A stretch of DNA of 64,000 nucleotides from Alphaproteobacteria bacterium (GTDB lineage Bacteria > Pseudomonadota > Alphaproteobacteria > JBFXJJ01). The stretch is taken from NCBI GenBank assembly GCA_050175015.1, contig JBFXJJ010000004.1, positions 128,001-192,000 on the forward strand, written 5' to 3'. Shown here piece after piece: positions 57,195-64,000 of this stretch. The stretch's first letter is position 1. Every line of letters begins with the position of its first letter. Under the pieces are notes generated by a model that worked only from the letters and a program-made list of their open reading frames with translations, did no database searches and was not told where the DNA came from. The position numbers and the translations under genes are program-made.

Positions 57195-59900
57195 TCAATC
57201 TTTTATATCTTGGTCTTCAAATGATGGCTCTTCTTCCTGATTAAGTTTAGGAAAACTATCATCATCATTAGCATCTATAGAAACATCATCAGAAAAATCA
57301 TTCTCGTCAACTACATCTTCTTCAATATCAAAGCCGGCGTCACTGTTTTCTTCTGTAGCATCAACATAAAAGTCATCAGCATTATCTAAAGTTTCATTTG
57401 ATAAAGAATCATCTAAATCCTGAGAATTTAATATTTGCTGCTTTGGAACCATAGCTTCTTCATCTGAAGAAACCTGTTCATCAAGAGATGACGTTTTGTT
57501 ATCGCTATCGCCCTCCTCTAAGACTTCTACAGCACCATTTGAGCTGTCTGGATTATGATTATAAACTTCTGCGGTATCAGTCTCTGTATTTTTAATATCC
57601 GAAGGAACTTCTTCTAATGTTTCAGTTTTAGTTCTATCGTTAACTTCCAGAGTTTGCTCTCCTAAGTTTTCACTATTAATATCCTCATTGCCGTTCTCTT
57701 CAACAACTTCTTGAGTTATTACACCAACAAGAACCGCTTGGCTTAAATCATAATCTCTTCCTTCTAAACCAGAACTATCAATTAAAGTCTTATCTTTAGG
57801 TTTATTTTTGATATTTTCAAGTTCTTGAATTTCATTATCTACAGCTGCTTTTTTGTTAATATCATCAATATTTTCAGCATCTTTCTGTATTTCAGTTTTT
57901 TTGCTTTTTTCCTCAGGCGGCAATCTAAAGATGGAATCACTTTTAGCTTCTTCTTTTTCTTTAACCTTATCTTTTTCTTTTTTAGATTTTTTACTTGCTT
58001 TATAGTTACTTTTAAATTGGTTAATAAACGTCTGATACTGCGTTTGACCACCATAAAAATCAAATTGATATGGGTATTCAATCCCCCATACCTTGGAATC
58101 ACTATCCACAAAAGTATCAGCACAAACAAAGTTGGAGTTCCTTAAGAAAAAGGAACTTACAAGCGTTGTTACATCACACCCCTCGGGTCTTACTTCATAA
58201 GTTTTTTTATTAGGCTCATAAATAGCAAAAAAGGTTGAGAACCCATCTTTATAATAGTCTTTATCTTCCAAATCGCCTTGACTGATTTTGGCACCAGAAT
58301 CACCGTGCATTATCACAATAGATTTTTCAAGAATATGTTGTTTTTTCAGTGCATCAAAGAAACCATCAAGTTTTCCATAAACACAAGAAAGTTGATTCAT
58401 ATATTCATTAAAAACATCTTTTTTATCTTCAAAACTAGCTCTCTGCCCAAATCTCTGCTGAACATCTGTTCCCGCAAAATAGGTATGCCAGTCATATAAA
58501 TGGGGCTTTACATTACAATATTGATCAAAAATATAAGGCTCTGATGGCAGCATAATATATGCGAAAAATACATTTTTACCCTTAGCTTCAAGAATATCCT
58601 CTTGCAGAGTATCAAGCATATTGATTTGACTTCCAGAATAGCTGTCATTAAGAGGCATACCAAGAAAAACGATTTTCTTTGAGGATATTCCTATCTTCCA
58701 TAACAAGTTTTTAATACTAGAAACAATTCCATCAGCCGATTTATGGGCATAAAACCAATGCCCGATTGTTGTCAAAGCCTTTATATGTGAGCTTGCTTTC
58801 TGATTATAAAGTGTACTAGGATATGTTGGAAAAGTAATACACTTGTAAACAAAATTAGAACCAACGCCTTTACAAAAATCTAAAAATTTTGTCTGATAAA
58901 CATTAATCTTATAATCATAATCATACATCATTTTAAAAAGAGAATTCTGCGTCATAGTAAACACTGGTTTATCGTCTTCCCCGCTTTTTACATAACTGCT
59001 GTAGCTAATATCATTAATATACTGCAAATAATTTTTATGTATTTTTTCATCAACCGCATAAGCATCAAAATTAAGCGCGGAAACTATCGAAAAAATATTA
59101 TTATTGCTGACTGAGTATGAATGAGGATAAAAAGTAAAATCAAATTTCTGATAAAAACCATTCATTAAATTAAGCCGATAGTCCTCGCTATCTTTGTTAT
59201 ATTTGTTTTTATTTTCCAAAAGATATGAATGGCTTCCGTGATTATTAAATATTAAATAAATTAGGTTTCTGTCTTGAGTTTCGCCCGAGTTGCTGTTTTT
59301 AACATCTTCTTTTTCAAAAACTCTAGGCTTACCTTCACCATAAAGACTGATTATCATAACCGCACAAATGCCCATCAGAAACATCGTAGATACTTCCATT
59401 ACATGATCTTTAAAATGCTTAAAAAGCCATAAAAAACCACTTGAGCAAAGCAAGGCTATTACATTAGAACCATAACGGCTGATTTTTTCAGTTAACCCAC
59501 TGCCTAAGTAATCGGATACATAATATGAAACTATTTCACCAGGGCTGTAAATTAAGTTGACATCAAGAATAGAAAGGACAAAAAAGTATATGGCTATAGC
59601 CCCAAAGTACTTAAATACTCGTTTAGATATAAACCAACCTAAAGGGAAAAGAATACCAACATAAATGCTGCTGAAAATAAAAAAGTATATTAAAATTATA
59701 ATAACTTCAAAACCGAAGATATTTCCTCCAGAAAGAGGATAAGAGTAAGTTTTGCAAAAGCAAACCAAACTAAGCATAAGCAAAAAAGTTACAAACAATG
59801 TTGTTGTAAGAAACGGCCAGTTGTCACTTATTTTTATCTTTTTTATTATTGAGAAGTCAATTTGATTAACTTCTTCGTTTCTCACCACTTTTTTAGGCAT
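57195..59900 (-). CDS. Membrane protein with sulfatase/alkaline-phosphatase-like domain and long acidic C-terminal tail
   Basis: About 5 N-terminal TM helices; degenerate NLIYLIFNNH, FAYIMLPSEPY and HGDSG motifs; about 270-aa charged low-complexity tail. Confidence 0.65.
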   Translation of the reverse strand: MPKKVVRNEEVNQIDFSIIKKIKISDNWPFLTTTLFVTFLLMLSLVCFCKTYSYPLSGGNIFGFEVIIILIYFFIFSSIYVGILFPLGWFISKRVFKYFGAIAIYFFVLSILDVNLIYSPGEIVSYYVSDYLGSGLTEKISRYGSNVIALLCSSGFLWLFKHFKDHVMEVSTMFLMGICAVMIISLYGEGKPRVFEKEDVKNSNSGETQDRNLIYLIFNNHGSHSYLLENKNKYNKDSEDYRLNLMNGFYQKFDFTFYPHSYSVSNNNIFSIVSALNFDAYAVDEKIHKNYLQYINDISYSSYVKSGEDDKPVFTMTQNSLFKMMYDYDYKINVYQTKFLDFCKGVGSNFVYKCITFPTYPSTLYNQKASSHIKALTTIGHWFYAHKSADGIVSSIKNLLWKIGISSKKIVFLGMPLNDSYSGSQINMLDTLQEDILEAKGKNVFFAYIMLPSEPYIFDQYCNVKPHLYDWHTYFAGTDVQQRFGQRASFEDKKDVFNEYMNQLSCVYGKLDGFFDALKKQHILEKSIVIMHGDSGAKISQGDLEDKDYYKDGFSTFFAIYEPNKKTYEVRPEGCDVTTLVSSFFLRNSNFVCADTFVDSDSKVWGIEYPYQFDFYGGQTQYQTFINQFKSNYKASKKSKKEKDKVKEKEEAKSDSIFRLPPEEKSKKTEIQKDAENIDDINKKAAVDNEIQELENIKNKPKDKTLIDSSGLEGRDYDLSQAVLVGVITQEVVEENGNEDINSENLGEQTLEVNDRTKTETLEEVPSDIKNTETDTAEVYNHNPDSSNGAVEVLEEGDSDNKTSSLDEQVSSDEEAMVPKQQILNSQDLDDSLSNETLDNADDFYVDATEENSDAGFDIEEDVVDENDFSDDVSIDANDDDSFPKLNQEEEPSFEDQDIKD

Positions 59901-60287
59901 ATTTTTCTCTTTAAGAAAACCCTATTTATTTCCAAAAAATATTAAAAACTAACTATATCTTATATATACGCATAAAAGAATAAAAAACTTTTAACATAGC
60001 TGAAACCTTTTATCATAAAGATTTAAGCTCAACTCGATAAAAATATAAAACTTAGCAAAAAGATAAAGGATATAAAGGGATTTCAAAACACTTTAGTTCT
60101 CTTGTTTTTTGTTTTTTAGGAAATAAGCCTTAAATATACGGCAAAGCAAAATAAGTCTTTTCCTATAATTTGAACGAATTTTTATAAAAATTCTATTGAA
60201 TCGATAATTTTTTATCAAAAACATTACAAAAAGACAAAAAAATATAAAACAACATGGTTTAAGAATTTAGCATAATCACTTAAAAAA

Positions 60288-60313
60288 AAAGACCTGTAAA
60301 AGAACAGGTCTTT
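60288..60313 (-). terminator. Terminator after rpsD
   Basis: aaagacctgt-aaaaga-acaggtcttt with a long T tract on the minus strand. Confidence 0.8.
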
Positions 60314-60337
60314 GAGAGTTTGGATAGCTTATTAATT

Positions 60338-60952
60338 TTATCTTGAGTAATATTCGATAACCTGATGAGGTTCCATTTGTACAGGATATGGAATATCTGC
60401 AAATTTTGGAATATCTAAAAACTTACCTTGAAGTTTATCAAGATCTACATCCAAATATGCAGGAATTTCACGTTCTGGAGATTGTTTGGCTTCAATAACC
60501 ATAGGAATTTCACGTGAAGCAGCTTTAACTTCAACAACATCTCCAACTTTAACAAGATAAGATGCAATATTAACACGGCTGCCATTTACTTTGATGTGTC
60601 CATGATTGACGAACTGACGAGCTGCGAAAACGGTTGGAACAAATTTCATACGATAAACAACAGCGTCAAGCCTTGTTTCAAGAAGTCCAACTAAGTTTTC
60701 TGAAGAGTCTCCCTTACGACGAACAGCTTCTTTATAATATTTTAAGAACTGTTTTTCTGAAATATTGCCGTAATATCCTCTTAATTTTTGTTTTGCGAGA
60801 AGCTGTGAACCATAGTTTGAAGGTTTGCGTTTGTGCTGTCCGTGTTCACCTGGTCCGTATTCTCTGCGGCTGAGAGGGCTTTTTGAGCTCCCCCAAAGAT
60901 TAACGCCTAAGCGGCGGTCAATCTTATGCTTTTGGGTATGTCTTTTACTCAT
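60338..60952 (-). CDS. rpsD: 30S ribosomal protein S4
   Basis: [35 protein letters not shown]. Confidence 0.98.
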   Translation of the reverse strand: MSKRHTQKHKIDRRLGVNLWGSSKSPLSRREYGPGEHGQHKRKPSNYGSQLLAKQKLRGYYGNISEKQFLKYYKEAVRRKGDSSENLVGLLETRLDAVVYRMKFVPTVFAARQFVNHGHIKVNGSRVNIASYLVKVGDVVEVKAASREIPMVIEAKQSPEREIPAYLDVDLDKLQGKFLDIPKFADIPYPVQMEPHQVIEYYSR

Positions 60953-61119
60953 ATAAATAAACCTTATAAAAATTAATTTTGTTTTATTGTCCTAGTATTT
61001 TCCTTTATATTATAAAGGAACGTGGCAATAACAATTGCCAACTTTCCTAGAAGTAAGCTAAGAAAAAAACATATTTTTAAATAAATGTCAACCGTTATTA
61101 CTAAAAACAAGGTTAAACT

Positions 61120-62922
61120 ATGTCTTTTGATATAATGCTCCAACAGGCAATAAGATTTCAAGAAAATGGTCAAATTGATGAAGCTGAAAATATCTATCGG
61201 GAACTGTTAAACACGGCTCCCGAACACCCAGACTTACATTATCTTATCGGTTTGATTGCTGTTCAAAAGAAAGCCTTCAGTTCTGCGGTTGATTTCCTTG
61301 CCAAAGCAGTTTCTCAAAAACCTGATTCTATTCCTTTTGTTTTTTCTTTGGCTCACGCTCTGCAAGAATGGGGAAAGCATTTTGAAGCCCTTGAAAATTA
61401 CCGCAAAGTCAACGAATTAGACCCGAATATCCCCGAAACGTGGAACAATATGGGGAATATATACCGCATTGAAGGCGAGCCCAACAAGGCTAAAGAATAT
61501 TTTAAAACCGCTTTGGGGATAAATCCCGAAATGTCTATTGCTCTAAATAATCTCGCTCTTGTCAACTATGATTTGAATGAGATTGAAGAAGCTAAAGAGA
61601 ACCTAAAAAAAGCTTTAAACATAACTCCAGAATATGATGAAGCATTATTCAATCTTGCAAATATATACCGAGAAGAAAACAATCTAAGCGAGGCTTTGCC
61701 ACTTTATCATAAAGCAACAACTGTAAATCCTAAATTTGCCCGCTGTTTTAATAGCCTAGGAATAGCTTTAGAAAAACAAGAAAATTATAATGATGCCGAA
61801 GAAGCATTTAGAAACGCTATCAAAATTGCCCCTAAATATGCTGACGCAATAAAAAATCTAGGCAATATTCTCTTTGCAACCAAACAATTTGATAAGGCTG
61901 AAGACGCTTATAAAGATGCTTTAAAAATTGATAAAAACCTTTTTGATGCCTATGTAAATTTGGGAAATCTGCTGCAAACCCAAAATCGTGTAGATGAGGC
62001 TTTGGAATATTACCGCAAAGCTATTATTATTAATCCTGAACAGCCAGAAGTATGTAACAACTTAGCCCTTGCGGTTCAAGCAACGGGTGATATTGAAGAA
62101 GCGATTGGACTTTTTTGCAGCAGTCTTTATTTAAAGCCTGACTTAATCCAGACTAAATATAATTTAGCTTTAGCAATCTATGATTTATATTTTCAACAAG
62201 ACCAAGAAAAAGCTATTAAAATCACCGAAAATTGGCTGCGCAATGTCAAAAATGACCCTGTCGCCACGCACCTGCTCTTGTCTCTCAAAGGCGAAACACT
62301 GGAAAACGGAGCTAGTTCTGCATATTTAACTGAATTTTTTGATGCCTTTGCTCTAGATTTTGAAAAAACTTTAGACAATCTTAAATATCAAACTCCCAAT
62401 ATTATTGGAAAAATCTTATCTGATTTAAACCTTTCTCAAGCTGGTCTTAATATCTTGGATTTAGGCTGCGGAACAGGACTATGTGGAAAAATTTTAAAGC
62501 CTTATGCCCAAACGCTTGTTGGCATCGACTTGTCTTCAAAAATGCTCGAAAAAGCAAAAGATAAAAGGGTTTATGACCGCCTCGAACAACAGGATTTAAA
62601 AAAATCATTAAATCAAACAGATAAATTTGACTTAATCATCGCCGCTGACGTCTTTTGTTACTTTGGCAACTTAAAAACAGTCATATCTCAAATTGCTTCC
62701 TGTTTAGAAATTGGAGGATACGCTATTTTTTCGATTGAAGAAGAAATTAACGGCAATAATTTTCAAATCTATCCTTCAGGAAGATATAAACACAATTTTA
62801 AATACCTTGAAGATGTTATATTTAATTCTGGATTGACTATTATAGAATTAAAAAAAGAACAGATTCGCTTGGAAAAAAACGAACCTGTTCTTGGAATTAT
62901 TGCGATTGTAAAAAAGCCTTAA
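61120..62922 (+). CDS. TPR-repeat protein fused to class I SAM methyltransferase (COG4976-like)
   Basis: About 10 TPRs; FFDAFA..FE, LDLGCGTGLCG, GIDLSSKM, ADVFCYFG. Confidence 0.87.
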   Translation: MSFDIMLQQAIRFQENGQIDEAENIYRELLNTAPEHPDLHYLIGLIAVQKKAFSSAVDFLAKAVSQKPDSIPFVFSLAHALQEWGKHFEALENYRKVNELDPNIPETWNNMGNIYRIEGEPNKAKEYFKTALGINPEMSIALNNLALVNYDLNEIEEAKENLKKALNITPEYDEALFNLANIYREENNLSEALPLYHKATTVNPKFARCFNSLGIALEKQENYNDAEEAFRNAIKIAPKYADAIKNLGNILFATKQFDKAEDAYKDALKIDKNLFDAYVNLGNLLQTQNRVDEALEYYRKAIIINPEQPEVCNNLALAVQATGDIEEAIGLFCSSLYLKPDLIQTKYNLALAIYDLYFQQDQEKAIKITENWLRNVKNDPVATHLLLSLKGETLENGASSAYLTEFFDAFALDFEKTLDNLKYQTPNIIGKILSDLNLSQAGLNILDLGCGTGLCGKILKPYAQTLVGIDLSSKMLEKAKDKRVYDRLEQQDLKKSLNQTDKFDLIIAADVFCYFGNLKTVISQIASCLEIGGYAIFSIEEEINGNNFQIYPSGRYKHNFKYLEDVIFNSGLTIIELKKEQIRLEKNEPVLGIIAIVKKP

Positions 62923-62934
62923 TTTTTTTACATT

Positions 62935-63822
62935 TTAAAGTCCCAAATCTTCTGGGTTTTTAACTTCACTTACAACAATATTTTTTAGCTTTTCAAAAGC
63001 TCTATTTTCAATCTGTCTAACTCTTTCACGGCTAATTCCATACTTATAGCCCAAAAACTCTAAAGTAGCAGGATGAGAGCGAAGTTTACGTTCGATAATT
63101 ATTTCCTTTTCTCTTTCATTAAGCTCCAATAAAGCTTTTGAAAGAACTTCACGAAGATATTTCTGTTCTTGCTTCTTACTAAGAAGCTCTTCTTGATTAT
63201 CTGTTTCATCAACCAAGAAATCTACTCTCTCTGTCCCCTCTTCTTCGTCCATATACGCATTAAGAGATGTATCTCCCATAAGCCTTAAGTTCATCTCTTT
63301 AACGTCGTCTTCTCCGACATTAAGATCTCTGGCAATGATTGCTATTTCTTCAGGCCCAAGCTCTTTGTCACTATAAGCCCCTATTTTTGCTTTCATTTTA
63401 GCTAAATTATAAAAAAGCTTCTTTTGGGCAACAACCGTCCCCATCTTAACTAAAGACCAAGACTTGATTATAAATTCGTGAATAGATGCTTTTATCCACC
63501 AAATAGCATAAGTCGAAAGCCTAAAACCTTTTTCAGGTTCAAACTTTTTAACCGCGTGCATTAATCCAATGTTAGCCTCAGAGATTAAATCGGCCATAGA
63601 CAAGCCATAATGACGATACCCAAAAGCAATTTTAGCCGCCAGCCTAAGATGGCTGGTAACTAGCTTATGCGCAGCATCAACATCACCAACTTTACGAAAT
63701 TTGTTAGCTAAATCTAACTCTTCCTCTTCCGTCAATACAGGAAAATTTTTAATCATTTGCATATATGAAGTTAGACCAGCCTCTTGAGAAATGATAGGAA
63801 GGTTCATAGCTAATGTTGTCAT
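62935..63822 (-). CDS. rpoH: RNA polymerase sigma-32 factor
   Basis: LVTSHLRL, RLSTYA.WWI, RpoH box QKKLFYNL, SRERVRQIE; ATG 63822 with GGAG RBS. Confidence 0.93.
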   Translation of the reverse strand: MTTLAMNLPIISQEAGLTSYMQMIKNFPVLTEEEELDLANKFRKVGDVDAAHKLVTSHLRLAAKIAFGYRHYGLSMADLISEANIGLMHAVKKFEPEKGFRLSTYAIWWIKASIHEFIIKSWSLVKMGTVVAQKKLFYNLAKMKAKIGAYSDKELGPEEIAIIARDLNVGEDDVKEMNLRLMGDTSLNAYMDEEEGTERVDFLVDETDNQEELLSKKQEQKYLREVLSKALLELNEREKEIIIERKLRSHPATLEFLGYKYGISRERVRQIENRAFEKLKNIVVSEVKNPEDLGL

Positions 63823-64000
63823 TAAATTTTTCTCCCTTAAATTTAAACCATATATAATAATCAAATATGATTAAATCTAGACCTCGCAACCTAAATACAA
63901 CTTTTTTTTCAAAATTACAAGAAATTTCATCGAATCAAAGGATAATTAAAATCATTCTAAAAGTCAATATATTATATTTGTTTTTTATTGGCTTTTTAAT

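Noticed and set aside
1-64000. CRISPR array, IS element, intein or stop-codon reassignment
   Set aside because: No regularly spaced repeats or transposase seen; core proteins have normal lengths under the standard code, with TAA, TAG and TGA all used as stops

Overview
Core chromosomal region of a low-GC alphaproteobacterium (Rhodospirillales-like gene order; lineage inferred, not verified). About 37 kb is the ribosomal/RNA polymerase supercluster on the minus strand: tRNA-Tyr/Gly, tuf, tRNA-Trp, secE-nusG, rplKAJL, rpoBC, str, S10, spc and alpha operons. Beyond it at the left end lie degP-like, rarA, rluC-like, HAD and asmA-like genes. The two tuf copies look identical over 1275 bp, including 78 bp of downstream flank, and use unusual codons. 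The right third mixes housekeeping genes (rlmB, lepA, murA, rpsD, rpoH, lemA/htpX, tRNA-Thr) with amino-acid catabolism (stand-alone arcA, kbl-tdh) and accessory genes. The most interesting locus is 41.6-44.1 kb, downstream of lepA. It holds a modular toxin/effector-like 465-aa protein next to a very AT-rich cassette of two small membrane proteins; the cassette is bracketed by a perfect 40-bp duplication of the lepA terminator and carries an antisense promoter. Two unrelated enzymes (a mutarotase and an HExxH peptidase) carry similar basic C-terminal tails ending in SR, a candidate export signal. A 901-aa sulfatase-fold membrane protein appears to have lost its metal ligands. No CRISPR array, rRNA, transposase or integrase was seen.
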